DNA of 62,927 nt, filler included, from Octopus bimaculoides (GCF_001194135.2; 8 parts of 6 records of this genome joined end to end with filler, not necessarily neighbours in it); one strand, 5' to 3'. Shown: positions 26,474 to 39,790, numbered from the whole stretch's first letter. Notes: generated by a model not told the origin, from the sequence alone. A program made the numbers and translations.

Positions 26474-26554
26474 GGCGGCGAGCTGTCAGAATCGTTAGCA
26501 TGCCGGTCTAAATGTTTAGCAGTCTTTTGTCCGTCATTACATTCTGAGTTCAAC
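26474..26554 (+). mobile_element. SINE family B, 5' head
   Basis: GGCGGCGAGCTGTCAGAATCGTTAGCATGCCGG...CTGAGTTCAA. Confidence 0.8.
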
Positions 26555-26646
26555 TATATTATGGTTGCGAGATAACAGGGATGTTATTTTGACGTTTCTG
26601 ACATTCCCTTTTCATTCTCTTTTCATACCACATAATAATAATAATA

Positions 26647-26703
<57 letters not shown>

Positions 26704-26879
26704 GCTGCTACTACTACTACTACTACTACTACTACTGCTGCTACTACTACTACTACTATTCGTCTATCGACAAGTGTTGCACATCTCCGTAAGTTTTGTT
26801 GCTATTCATATTGTTACACATTGTTTATACATTGTAATTCTGTTATCGTTACTTAGTTAAACTAACCAGAAACTTGGGG

Positions 26880-29095
26880 AGTTGGTTAGTTCTCAATATT
26901 TATTCTTTGGGGGTTATTTTGGTGTTTGTTTGGGCTGAGACATCTATCATTCTTTTGACAAAAAAATGGCGAATGCGAATTGTCCGTCCGCCGAAAGGAA
27001 TAGCCGGTCATCCGGAAAAGAGAACAACCAACTTGTAAAGGACAATGGCTGCTGTAGCAGCAGCAGGAACAACAACAACAACAACAACAATAGCGCACGT
27101 GAAGCTTATATGAAAGCAAATTCCCTTGCTTTTACCATCCTCTCCATCATCGCAGGAACAAAAGAAATCAATGACAAAAAGCGATAACATAAGCAAGAAC
27201 ACTGCCTTCTCCACGGTCACCGCCGGTGGCAGCAGCAGGCCCACCGTCATCACCACCAACAATGTCACTAATGAAAACGACAACAAATGAAAACGAGACA
27301 TGCAAATCCTGTCGAAACGAGTTCGACTTTGCGAGAGCAACCAGAGAAGTAAAGACATTTTTTTATATACGAAAATAAATTCAAGATTGCGAAAAATGTG
27401 TTGGAGAAATGTGAGAGAAACGTGGTACCAAACATTCCTAGAACTGCCCAGTAAGGAATTAATTTGCAGACAGCTCTATATAAAATTACTGGAACCAAAA
27501 GTAGGAAAATGGAGTGGGCAATACAGCAGCAAATAGAGAAATGCTTAAAACCAGTTTGGAAAAACCAATGTAACCAGGGGAAAGAAATATGGGACTGTAG
27601 AGGTGAGGTTCGCCTCAGAAGGGGAGGCCAAATATCATTCGACAGCTACCCTAGCGAGTTACGGGCTCATTCTCATCCCCATCTACCTCGGTCGAAGAGT
27701 ATTCTAACTCTGAATACTCAGCATCCTACCAAAGATAAATATCTACTAGTTAGTAGCTGCAATTCTCCTCGACATAGAAGAGAAATCTACGATTCTGCAA
27801 ATGCAGAAGATACATAAGTAGAACTGGTTGGGCGAGGGGATGCAGTTACTTATACAGGCAGACAAAGGGGCGTGGAGGTTATCCCGGACTATAAAATCCT
27901 ACCGGGTGGCACAAGGCTTCATGTGGCTGTTGGGGCAGAAAGCCAAGATGCCGCCTGTGCGGGGACAAAAATCATCTTCAATCTTTCTGCCCACAGCAAA
28001 AGAGAGAAGTGAGCTCCCACCCATTTTTGCTGACATCAACATCACCATCACAACAACAGCTGCAGCAGAAACAGGTGACTACAGCTGCAGAAAACAATAG
28101 TAAGAGTAGTAGCAGCAACTTCAAGCACAGAAACACCGACAGCATTTGCAGCAACTACAAGAATACATGCACAACCCAATTCACACACAACTTTCAGATC
28201 GCACATCTCAACACCAGCAAAATTCAAACATTTTGAATTGGAGAGCAATAGACACCAACAATAAAAAAGTAATGGATTACATACACAACCATACATACAT
28301 TACACACATGCCGATTTTATCACAACAAGAAAGAACCCAGCAACATATCTTAAAGTCATGCAAACATCACAACACCCATATAACACTCTCAAAACAAAAT
28401 ACCCAGAAGAAATAGGGGATTTCCAGAGAGACATAAACTGACGAATATATAAAGAACTGCTCGTGGAAACGTCCACACATACCTATGAGGACGGAACATC
28501 TGCCCCCTCCTCGCCAACTAAATCACAGTAAGTAGCCTTTTCCGCTTCTATACTTTTATCTAACATGACCTTGCTCAGAGTAGGCAGTATACATGCACGT
28601 CGCCTGAGGTCGCCTTGGAAACAAGGCCATCTACTCAAAGAACTCAGGTCACTAAGTGTTGATGTAGTGGCCATCAGGGAAACCAGACTCTCCGACAAAC
28701 AAGCTTTCATGCCCATTTTCGGGCATGTCAACTGAGAATGGAAGATAGAATGGTTGTGTTGGTACGGAGAAGTCTGAATCTCAAGATAAGGACTATCTTC
28801 CTGGAACCAGAAGGTAATGTGTGGTTGTATATGCTCCGACAGGAGCAGGACAGCCGGATTTCTTCAGACGTCTTGAGGTTTTCCTATTAACGACTCGCCT
28901 CGTAGTGTTACTGGGCGACTGGAACGCCGTTTAAAGCCACGTTTGGACTATGTAGGAGAGGGAGTGGTAAAAGTCTCGCAAATCTGCTAAGACATTTCCA
29001 ACTGTCTGACAGGTACTGACAGGGTTTCCTAGATGTGACAATGTGAACACGAACGAATTGCATAAGGTCATCCAGGTTGTATTATTGTCTTTGCA
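26880..29095 (+). mobile_element. Tx1/L1-like LINE, 5' portion (ORF1 plus APE endonuclease), decayed
   Basis: CCHC knuckle CRLCGDKNHLQSFC at 27949-27990. ORF2 from ATG 28565 reads MTLLRVGSIHARRLRSPWKQGHLLKELRSLSVDVVAIRETR, with VVLLGDWNA at about 28902-28928. The 5' limit is inferred from ATG 26966. Confidence 0.8.
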
Positions 29096-29099
29096 CAGC

Positions 29100-29335
29100 T
29101 TTCTAACGCTGGAGATGTACTATAGTACCAGCTGTTCTCTACCAGTGAACTAAGGTAACACCCCTTAGTTTTCGAGCACCTTCCGGAATATTCGAGCAGT
29201 TCCAAGCAGTGCTGTTTTCTGCAAGTGCTCCACCCTTATTGCAGCCCCTATTTGTTCCATGTACTTCTCAAGATTTTTGTTCACTGTTCCCAGGGCTCCG
29301 ACAATTATTGGTACTACTACCACCTTTTTCGATTA
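29100..29335 (-). mobile_element. R4/Dong-like RLE LINE 3' end
   Basis: Minus strand reads KKVVVVPIIVGALGTVNKNLEKYMEQIG...LQKTALLGTARIFRKVL. Its 5' junction is in (AAT)n. Confidence 0.8.
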
Positions 29336-30282
29336 TTATTATTATTATTATTCAGTAGTTTTATTTTTATAACGTGCTTTCACTTCACTACCGAGCGCAG
29401 CTCTGTGCGCCTTGGGTATGTGCTGTGGTTTGCTGTGGTGCTCTTATGTTTACTGTATTGAAAGTGTTTTGCGTAGAATGTGTGCAGNNNNNNNNNNNNN
29501 NNNNNNNNNNNNNNNNNNNNNNNNNNNNNNNNNNNNNNNNNNNNNNNNNNNNNNNNNNNNNNNNNNNNNNNNNNNNNNNNNNNNNNNNNNNNNNNNNNNN
29601 NNNNNNNNNNNNNNNNNNNNNNNNNNNNNNNNNNNNNNNNNNNNNNNNNNNNNNNNNNNNNNNNNNNNNNNNNNNNNNNNNNNNNNNNNNNNNNNNNNNN
29701 NNNNNNNNNNNNNNNNNNNNNNNNNNNNNNNNNNNNNNNNNNNNNNNNNNNNNNNNNNNNNNNNNNNNNNNNNNNNNNNNNNNNNNNNNNNNNNNNNNNN
29801 NNNNNNNNNNNNNNNNNNNNNNNNNNNNNNNNNNNNNNNNNNNNNNNNNNNNNNNNNNNNNNNNNNNNNNNNNNNNNNNNNNNNNNNNNNNNNNNNNNNN
29901 NNNNNNNNNNNNNNNNNNNNNNNNNNNNNNNNNNNNNNNNNNNNNNNNNNNNNNNNNNNNNNNNNNNNNNNNNNNNNNNNNNNNNNNNNNNNNNNNNNNN
30001 NNNNNNNNNNNNNNNNNNNNNNNNNNNNNNNNNNNNNNNNNNNNNNNNNNNNNNNNNNNNNNNNNNNNNNNNNNNNNNNNNNNNNNNNNNNNNNNNNNNN
30101 NNNNNNNNNNNNNNNNNNNNNNNNNNNNNNNNNNNNNNNNNNNNNNNNNNNNNNNNNNNNNNNNNNNNNNNNNNNNNNNNNNNNNNNNNNNNNNNNNNNN
30201 NNNNNNNNNNNNNNNNNNNNNNNNNNNNNNNNNNNNNNNNNNNNNNNNNNNNNNNNNNNNNNNNNNNNNATTTTCTTCATGT

Positions 30283-30637
30283 CGAGTAGCCCATTCCGCT
30301 TAAAAGATCCCTGAATAAGGTTTGTTTAAGGATGTTGAGCAAAACACCTATGTTTCCAAAGGTGAATTATCCAAACCCCAAAGAATTCCTCTCAACACAT
30401 GGCTACAATGCTCCCCCACTACTTCTGCTCATGATCAGAGATGCACATATCATCAGCCACCAAGGGACATGCTCAACTGGTTAAGGTCAAATAACTGACA
30501 AGCAAATCTGTGGTATTAAGCAGAATATTTGCTGTAGCCCATCTTTTATACCAAGACAAAACAACGTACATGATAACACTTCCAATCAATTAAGATCAGA
30601 AGCCATGAGAGCCACTGCCTGGTACTGAATCCGGGCA
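30283..30637 (-). mobile_element. Interspersed repeat family C
   Basis: Near-identical to 10150-10303 and extends further. Confidence 0.8.
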
Positions 30638-30700
30638 CAACAACAGCTACTATACCATACCTCTACTACTACTATACTACTACTATACTACTACTACTTC

Positions 30701-30750
<50 letters not shown>

Positions 30751-31123
30751 TTAATGTTGTGGGTGTGAAAAAATCTCTATAAATTTCACAACAGATTTAT
30801 AAAGCTGTTATTTTTTTTCCTTTTAAGGAATCTGCAGCCATTGTTAAAGAACTGCAAGTAAGATGCAGTTGTGCTGCAGTTTGTTATAAATATAATTAAG
30901 TTCACAAATTGAATCATGAGTGAGCCGTTAACACGCCAGGGACATGGCAATTATCGACCAAACTACATTATGTAATGAGAAGACAAAAAGAAAAAACAAA
31001 AACCAGCGTGATGATAATAACAGTACCTCCGCCTTCGCTAAGGCGGAGGTAATAAAGATAACAACAGCAGCAACAACAAAAACTACAACAACAACAACAA
31101 CAACAACAACGATAATAATAATG

Positions 31124-31187
<64 letters not shown>

Positions 31188-31431
31188 GATAATAAAAAAA
31201 GAGGATGAGGAGTGGGGAAGGAGAGGAGGAGATAAGTGGAAGAGGAGGTGGAGGCGAGGAGGGAGAAGAAGAGGAAGGTGAGGAGAGGCGGAGGAGTAAG
31301 AGGAGGAGTAAAACGAGCAGGAAGAGGGGGAAGGGAAGTGGTGGTGGTGGTGCTGCTGCTGGTGATGGAAGAAGAAGAAGAAGAAGAAGAAGAAGAAGAA
31401 GAAGAAGAAGAAGAAGAAGAAGAAGAAGAGG

Positions 31432-31620
31432 CCTGAAATGTTGGGGGAGGGGGTCTAGTCAATTACATCGACCTCAGTACTCAAAATGTTTTATTCTAAT
31501 CGACTCCGAAAGGATGAAAAGCAAAGTCGACTTCAGCAGAATTTGAACTCAGAATGTAAATATGGAAGTAATGCTGCTAAGCATTTTGTCTGGTGTGCTA
31601 ACGATTTTGCCAGGTCACCA
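31432..31620 (-). mobile_element. SINE family B
   Basis: GTCAATTACATCGACC.CAGT...TTTTATT...GAAAGGATGAAAAGCAAAGTCGAC...GAACTCAGAA. Confidence 0.8.
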
Positions 31621-31680
31621 ATAACAACAACAACAACAACAATGATAATAATAATAATAATAATAATGATAATAATAATA

Positions 31681-32205
31681 AAGATAGACGCAAATAGGCC
31701 AGACATCATACTGAAAGACTTCAGACAAAAATCATGCCTCCTCATTGATATGACTGTCCCAATCGATATAAACGTATCTGTCAAGACCTACCAAAAACTG
31801 AGCAAATATAAAGATCTTGAAATAGAAATTAGCAAAATGTGGAATCTGAAGACGAAAACAATACCTATTGTCATAGGTGCCCTGGGAATGACAGCGAAAC
31901 GGGCTGATTACTACCGAGCTCAGATACCAGGAAACCCCAAAATGGCTGAAGTTCAAAAGATAGTGCTCATGGGAACTGCCCATATCCTACGTAAAATAAT
32001 GTCTATGTGATCTCAAATTTTAAAGCAAACACATAATTTTCTTATGGTTTCTTAAACATTCACTTGAACAAAACTGTACAAATCCAAATATATGGTACCC
32101 TAGGCATAACACCTACATGAACTTCTAACTTGTTGTCTCTTGAGGTCTCTGGGTGAGACTTGGATCCAACTTGTACAAATGCAAGACAAAAGTCAAACAT
32201 AAAAT
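31681..32205 (+). mobile_element. R4/Dong-like RLE LINE 3' end embedded in (AAT)n
   Basis: ANRPDIILKD...LLIDMTVP...KLSKYKDL (PD-(D/E)xK nuclease) and IPIVIGALG...QKIVLMGTAHILRK* (stop at 32010). About 190 nt of 3' UTR follows, with (AAT)n at both ends. Confidence 0.88.
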
Positions 32206-32223
32206 AATAATAATAATAATAAT

Positions 32224-32380
32224 GAGCACAAACCGCAGAGAGTTGAAGACTAGCAAAATCCTCTGGGATCAAGTGCTAGAGCATAACGTACCGGATCTGG
32301 TGGTGGTGGTGGACAAGATGCTCCACATGTGCTACATTGTTGATGTTGCATGTCCCTTTGACCCTCGAATATTCAAAAGG
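32224..32380 (+). mobile_element. Second RLE LINE family fragment
   Basis: ILWDQVLEHNVPDLVVVVDK...CYIVDVACPFD. Confidence 0.7.
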
Positions 32381-33382
32381 TTTGGTGGTGGTGGTGGTTG
32401 TGACGGCAGCGATGATGAAGTTGTAGGAGGAGGAGGAGGAGGAGGAGGAGGAGGAAGGACAGGAAGAAGAAGAAGAAGAAGAACAACAACAACAACAACA
32501 ACAACAAGAACAACAAGAACAAGAACAAGAAGAAGACTGGTTGTGTACAGACCGTTAAACTACTCTTCCATAAATTATCCGTGTGTGTGTATATATACAC
32601 ACTTACATAAATACATATATATATANNNNNNNNNNNNNNNNNNNNNNNNNNNNNNNNNNNNNNNNNNNNNNNNNNNNNNNNNNNNNNNNNNNNNNNNNNN
32701 NNNNNNNNNNNNNNNNNNNNNNNNNNNNNNNNNNNNNNNNNNNNNNNNNNNNNNNNNNNNNNNNNNNNNNNNNNNNNNNNNNNNNNNNNNNNNNNNNNNN
32801 NNNNNNNNNNNNNNNNNNNNNNNNNNNNNNNNNNNNNNNNNNNNNNNNNNNNNNNNNNNNNNNNNNNNNNNNNNNNNNNNNNNNNNNNNNNNNNNNNNNN
32901 NNNNNNNNNNNNNNNNNNNNNNNNNNNNNNNNNNNNNNNNNNNNNNNNNNNNNNNNNNNNNNNNNNNNNNNNNNNNNNNNNNNNNNNNNNNNNNNNNNNN
33001 NNNNNNNNNNNNNNNNNNNNNNNNNNNNNNNNNNNNNNNNNNNNNNNNNNNNNNNNNNNNNNNNNNNNNNNNNNNNNNNNNNNNNNNNNNNNNNNNNNNN
33101 NNNNNNNNNNNNNNNNNNNNNNNNNNNNNNNNNNNNNNNNNNNNNNNNNNNNNNNNNNNNNNNNNNNNNNNNNNNNNNNNNNNNNNNNNNNNNNNNNNNN
33201 NNNNNNNNNNNNNNNNNNNNNNNNNNNNNNNNNNNNNNNNNNNNNNNNNNNNNNNNNNNNNNNNNNNNNNNNNNNNNNNNNNNNNNNNNNNNNNNNNNNN
33301 NNNNNNNNNNNNNNNNNNNNNNNNNNNNNNNNNNNNNNNNNNNNNNNNNNNNNNNNNNNNNNNNNNNNNNNNNNNNNNNNNN

Positions 33383-33437
<55 letters not shown>

Positions 33438-34049
33438 TGCTTTGTGAGACTATGTGCATATGTGTGCATGTGTCTGTGTTTGCGAGAGCGTGTGTATACG
33501 TGCTTGAGTGTCTATCTGTGTGTGTGTATGTGTGTCTGCGTGCGTCAGTGTGCGCGTATGTATGTGTCTACGTTTCAGACGCTTCTGTAAATGTGTGTGT
33601 GTGTGTGCATGTCTTTATGTGTGCGTATTATGTGCCTACATTTTAGAAGCTGTGTGTGTGTGTGTGTGTGTGTGTGTATCTGTGTGTGTGTGTGTCTGTA
33701 TCTGTGTGTGTGCATGTGTTTATGTGTGCGTATGTACGTGCCTACATTTAAGATGCTTCTCTATATGTGTTTGTGTGTGTGTGTCTGTGTCTGTATTTGT
33801 GTGTGTGTGTGTGTACGTGTGTTTATGTATGCATATGTATATGTCTACACTTCAGATGCATCTCCTCCAGATATGTCTATGTGCGTATATATAAATATGT
33901 GTAGATACGAGTGTGTAGGTGTAATTGTGTGAACATGTGTGTGTTACGATGTTGCTGTGTGAATTCGTTAATATGAGAATGCGTATTTGTGTATGTAAAA
34001 TAATGTCTTAGGTTATAAGGCCCAACCTTTACAGATTCGGCTATGTCGG

Positions 34050-35130
34050 ATGAATGAAACTAATACGACCTCCGGCGTTTTTTGATGATAAGCAGGTGTG
34101 CTCGCTGTTTGTCAGATATACTTTTCTACAGCTCGTCTCTTTGACAGACCTGCTGTCCTGATTCGGGCGTAGACCGAAGGACGGTGCCTGGCACCAAGAA
34201 TACCGATAGGAGCTTATTTATATCTCTCCACCTGTCGGGCAATGCTGCCGGTGGAAATTCCACTTTGGCGTTCTATAGAGGTTTTGTGGCAGCCAAAAAG
34301 TGATGACATTTTCGGGAAAACTCTGGGCGTCGACTGAAATCAACTGTCTGGTCTGTTCCGTAGAACATTCGGCCTGGGGTTCGAGGATGATTACAGGAAT
34401 TTTTTCGCATGGCAGAGCTAATGAGAGTCTTTACCTGTTCGAGATAAATTCTACAGGCATGGAGGTGCCGTAGCCAGGCATGTCCAAGATGCACACAGAG
34501 CGACGAGACTATCCTCCAGGCACGCGTCCAGTGCTTGAGCATTGCTGACATCTGGGTTTATGTTGAACTCTTATTGTATCGTATAAGACGGACCAAACAA
34601 TCAACTAAGTCCATTGTGAAGATTGTCCCGCCGCCTACCTTTATAGCATAGACTGACAGGCAGTCTTTAACTATCTGGTGGCTTTAACAAAAAGCAGTTG
34701 TGTGGTGGACCAGATTGAAAAGGCTTAAATCAAAGACCTTTCTGATTGATCAAGCTCTCATCAATTCTTTTCAAGTTCGATTTGAAAAGAAAATTAAGGG
34801 TGAAGAAGAAAATTCTGCTTTCCAGTAAATTCGTTGAAAGGTGGAAGAACGTGGCAAGGAAGATACGAATGAACGAGCCTGCTTTACGCATGCGCCAATA
34901 GTTTGAAGGAGGAGAATTAGAAAAGAACACTCGATCTAGTAGTCAGCGTGGACATGGTCATGTTGGGTTTCTTCGAGAAACCCTGGAAAATCTCACGGCT
35001 TTTAGGAAATTATCTCGTTAGAATTTTTGTTTCCTTGTATCATGCTGTTTTACTGATTACACGCTGTCATGTAAAACCCCCAACGCACATCATATCACTT
35101 CATACCACAATATACCTTCCTTCACCGTCC
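34050..35130 (+). mobile_element. Tx1/L1-like LINE ORF2 C-terminus and 3' UTR
   Basis: STLAFYRG...LPVRDKFYRHG...CPRCTQSDETILQARVQC (RT-associated Zn-binding region), followed by the same C-terminal block as 9404 and 41049. Confidence 0.8.
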
Positions 35131-35177
35131 TGGATATACTTGTAAACCCTTAGAGATTAATTAAGAAATCATCATCG

Positions 35178-35234
<57 letters not shown>

Positions 35235-35247
35235 CCATCATCATCAT

Positions 35248-35289
<42 letters not shown>

Positions 35290-35307
35290 TGTCTTTTATT
35301 TTCTCTT

Positions 35308-35465
35308 AAGGCTGCAAGCAGACAGAATTGTTAACACGCCAAACAAAATGGTTAGCGATATTTCTTCCTTTGCGTTCGAAGCTGAAATTCCGCCGAGGTC
35401 GACTTTGCCTTTCATCACTTCTGGCTCAATTAAATAAGTACCAGTTGAACACTGCGGTCGACACT
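35308..35465 (+). mobile_element. SINE family B
   Basis: AAATTCCGCCGAGGTCGACTTTGCCTTTCATC...AAATAAGTACCAGTTGAACACTG. Confidence 0.85.
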
Positions 35466-35564
35466 GCGCAAGCGTGCACGACTGCGTGGGGGCGCGCGTG
35501 TATGTGTGCTCGTGTGTCTGTGTGTGTGTGTGTCTTTGTGTGTGTTTTGTATGTCTATGTGCAG

Positions 35565-35604
<40 letters not shown>

Positions 35605-36078
35605 GACAGACACAAAGAGAGTGTAGATCTGTGTTTGTTGATGTATAGCTCTCTATGGAGACAGTGTCAATATGTCTGCCGAAATCAAATGATTATTTGT
35701 TTCAAAAACAAGATACCCGCCACAGAAGTAAATAAATGAATACACACACACATACATACATACACACACACACATACACACATATGTGTGTGTGCATGCA
35801 TGTGTGAGTATGTATGTGTATGCAAGGACGAACTCCGGTCATTTGATAAACATCAATATCGATTTCACATGCAACTGGGAATTTAATACGATATCAATAT
35901 ATTTTCAATCGTATATTTCTATATTTCGTCTCAGTTAAAATTAGACCTGCGAGACCTTTAAAGATTTTCATGAATAAGATGTGCATATGTATACACGCAT
36001 GACTGGATGGGTGTGTGAGTGTATGTCTGTAGGTAGGTGTGTATGTATGTTTTTATTTATGTGTACATGCTTGTAATC

Positions 36079-36136
<58 letters not shown>

Positions 36137-37173
36137 NNNNNNNNNNNNNNNNNNNNNNNNNNNNNNNNNNNNNNNNNNNNNNNNNNNNNNNNNNNNNNNN
36201 NNNNNNNNNNNNNNNNNNNNNNNNNNNNNNNNNNNNNNNNNNNNNNNNNNNNNNNNNNNNNNNNNNNNNNNNNNNNNNNNNNNNNNNNNNNNNNNNNNNN
36301 NNNNNNNNNNNNNNNNNNNNNNNNNNNNNNNNNNNNNNNNNNNNNNNNNNNNNNNNNNNNNNNNNNNNNNNNNNNNNNNNNNNNNNNNNNNNNNNNNNNN
36401 NNNNNNNNNNNNNNNNNNNNNNNNNNNNNNNNNNNNNNNNNNNNNNNNNNNNNNNNNNNNNNNNNNNNNNNNNNNNNNNNNNNNNNNNNNNNNNNNNNNN
36501 NNNNNNNNNNNNNNNNNNNNNNNNNNNNNNNNNNNNNNNNNNNNNNNNNNNNNNNNNNNNNNNNNNNNNNNNNNNNNNNNNNNNNNNNNNNNNNNNNNNN
36601 NNNNNNNNNNNNNNNNNNNNNNNNNNNNNNNNNNNNNNNNNNNNNNNNNNNNNNNNNNNNNNNNNNNNNNNNNNNNNNNNNNNNNNNNNNNNNNNNNNNN
36701 NNNNNNNNNNNNNNNNNNNNNNNNNNNNNNNNNNNNNNNNNNNNNNNNNNNNNNNNNNNNNNNNNNNNNNNNNNNNNNNNNNNNNNNNNNNNNNNNNNNN
36801 NNNNNNNNNNNNNNNNNNNNNNNNNNNNNNNNNNNNNNNNNNNNNNNNNNNNNNNNNNNNNNNNNNNNNNNNNNNNNNNNNNNNNNNNNNNNNNNNNNNN
36901 NNNNNNNNNNNNNNNNNNNNNNNNNNNNNNNNNNNNNNNNNNNNNNNNNNNNNNNNNNNNNNNNNNNNNNNNNNNNNNNNNNNNNNNNNNNNNNNNNNNN
37001 NNNNNNNNNNNNNNNNNNNNNNNNNNNNNNNNNNNNNNNNNNNNNNNNNNNNNNNNNNNNNNNNNTATATATGTATGTATGTATGTACGTATGTATGTAT
37101 GTAGTATGTGTGTATGTATGTATGTATGTATGTATGTATATGTATATATTATTATATGTATATATACACATAT

Positions 37174-37753
37174 GCACGGCAAACATTATACTGCGATGCT
37201 GCAAGAGACATCAGCTACATCAGAACGCTTTGTATTGTGAGCGTTCTGTGGATTTTATCTTTTATGTCGCAAATAAATACAGCATTGTTTTATTATTTTC
37301 TTTAATTGCTCGAGAATCGGCAAGATACGAAAATCTGATGGATTTAAGCTCTCGATGAAATTTATAACCTTGCTCTTCGGCGTCAAACGAGTTCTATATA
37401 CCTGAATTTATTTTACATCGTTATGTGTATTTATATTTGTAAATATACATATATATGTATATAGATATATACATGTAGATTTATATACATGCACATGTAT
37501 ACAAAACGGTGTAAAAAAATGCGGAGGTATATAAAACTTGAATGGTGTTGAACAGCAAAGCTATAAATTTTATTGAAAGCTTAACTCCTACACATTTTCG
37601 TATCTCACCGATTCTTTATCAATTAAAGAAACGAATAAAACAATACTGTATTTATTTACGACATAAAAGATACAATTCATAGAATGTCGCAATATAAAGC
37701 CTGGTATTGTAGCTGATGTCTCTTGCAGTATCATAACACGCTGTCTGTCTTGC
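37174..37753. repeat. Long imperfect inverted repeat (arms about 250 bp, TA-rich spacer about 85 bp)
   Basis: 37194-37422 matches the reverse complement of 37505-37735. Example: CTGCAAGAGACATCAGCTAC / GTAGCTGATGTCTCTTGCAG. Confidence 0.85.
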
Positions 37754-37929
37754 TTCCTTCAACATTTTCAATATTCAATGGCAATTATATATGTAACAGA
37801 TATTTGACTTATGTTATTTGAAGAAAAAAATTTTATTTGTTTAAACCATGGATTATATGACTATTTTATGACTGTTCGGCTTTCAGCAGATCGTTGGTCA
37901 TTTTGCAATATTTCAACAAATATTTTGAT

Positions 37930-38260
37930 TTGTATCAACAAGAGGTTAACTCTCTACACGTGAACGTGAAGGCTTCTGTGAAACAATGTGTTTACTTTTC
38001 TCTGAGTGACAAATCGCAACCATCTTTAACCTACTGATAATGTTTGGAATGTTGACGTTGATAATGTATTGCGGAAAAGTAATTACAACTAATTGTTCAG
38101 ATTCTGAAGACTGTATCGGATTACCTGAGAATAGTTTTAAGTCAAGATTCAATCAACATCAATATTCTTTAAAAATTCTGGAAAGGTTGTTTTTGAATAC
38201 AAGTTTGTTGAAATACATATGATTTGTCAAAGATGACAACGATACTAAAGTAAAATTACT
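37930..38260 (+). mobile_element. Penelope-like GIY-YIG remnant
   Basis: CIGLPENSFKSRFNQHQYSL...NTSLLKYI*FVKD, matching YIGxTExxFKxRYxxHxxSF...TxLSKYIWxLKD. Confidence 0.7.
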
Positions 38261-38640
38261 TGGAATATATATGTTTCGGTGCGGTTGAGTTTATGTTTGT
38301 CGTAAGAGAAAGAAACGAGGAGGAGAGATATAGAAGATATAGAGAGAGATGAATAAATAGGATTGAGTGGGAGGTAATAGTTTGATAATAATGTGTGTCC
38401 GTATATGTATCTTTTTTTTTTTTACTGTGGATTTATGTGTGTTTATGTATGTGTATACGTTGCGTGTGTGCGTATATGTGAGCGGGAAAAAGAATGAAGT
38501 TGGAAGGGAAAAGTATGTGAAAGAGGGAAACAGGGAGTAAAAGCGAGTGTGAAAGTAAGAGTAAAAGAAAGTGAGACGAGGAAATTAGAAGGGAATTGGG
38601 AGGCGGCGAAGGGGAGAGAAAGGATGATTGAGAGTGCATA

Positions 38641-38691
<51 letters not shown>

Positions 38692-39388
38692 NNNNNNNNN
38701 NNNNNNNNNNNNNNNNNNNNNNNNNNNNNNNNNNNTTAATTAATTAANNNNNNNNNNNNNNNNNNNNNNNNNNNNNNNNNNNNNNNNNNNNTGAAGGTGA
38801 TGATGAAGAATTTACGTAGCTGGAAATATTTTCAGAGAAATAAAGAAAGTGAATGATTAAGAGTTGGAAGGTTAGAGATATTTATATATGATTAAAGTTA
38901 ATCATAAAAGTACAATTACAAGATTGATGTTTGGCATTCAACGTCGATCCAGAGCTAAAGACAGTAAATGTTATACAGGCATGAATACAATTTGATACAC
39001 TAGTATTGAACCACCCATACACAAAACATTAACAAATGTATACACATACATAAAATGTGCTGCTTGAACAATCGCATGTGCATATGTACTAACACACACT
39101 CATAATGTCTCACAAACACACACACTCACATTGACAGACATTCAAAGTCAATCACATACAGCTCTGGAAATGTTATGAGAATGCAGAGAGAGAAAGAGGT
39201 AGACCGTTATAGAATGGGATGGCAATCAGAAATTATGAATATGATGGCAATGAAAAACTATCAAGAATGATCCAAATTACAATTCTGTTAATGCAGAAAA
39301 GTTCTGGAAAATTCCTCCTCTAATTTTCTTGATAGCATTGTTATACAAAGTCCTGCAAAACGAAAACTTAATTTTAGAAGTATATGTA

Positions 39389-39790
39389 TTGTGTCATCCC
39401 ATAAATAATGCGGCTTTTTACACTTCTTTCATAATTAAGGTAAACAAAGTTCTTTTTTAATCTAAAATATAGTCTCCTTCATTCTCTACAATGTTCTTCC
39501 ATCTATTTGGTAGACTCGTAAGGCTCCTCTCCCAAACTCCACTTATCTATAACGAAGAACACTCCTCCACTACTGTTCAGAAATGATCTACCAAATTCAT
39601 ATTCTTTCCATCCAAATGAGTTAGAAGACTGCAGAAGAATTGATAATCAGATGTGGATATGTCCCGCAAATTTGGTGAGTGGGACTTCGTTTCCCATTCA
39701 GACTGGTCTAGCCTTTGGGATGTCACCCTGGCCGTATGTGGCCAAGTATAATTATATTGATAGAAGAACGCCTTTCGACTTGATAACAAA
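39389..39790 (-). mobile_element. Mariner 3' end with TIR
   Basis: Minus strand reads NYTWPHTARVT...STSDYQFFCSL...LPNRWKNIVENEGDYILD*. TIR TTGTGTCATCCCATAAATAATGCGG follows TA at 39387-39388. Confidence 0.8.

Noticed and set aside
31205-31430. Purine-rich GGA/GAA tract as a G-quadruplex or triplex element
   Set aside because: Such tracts recur throughout the window (also 39880-40230); nothing marks this one as functional.
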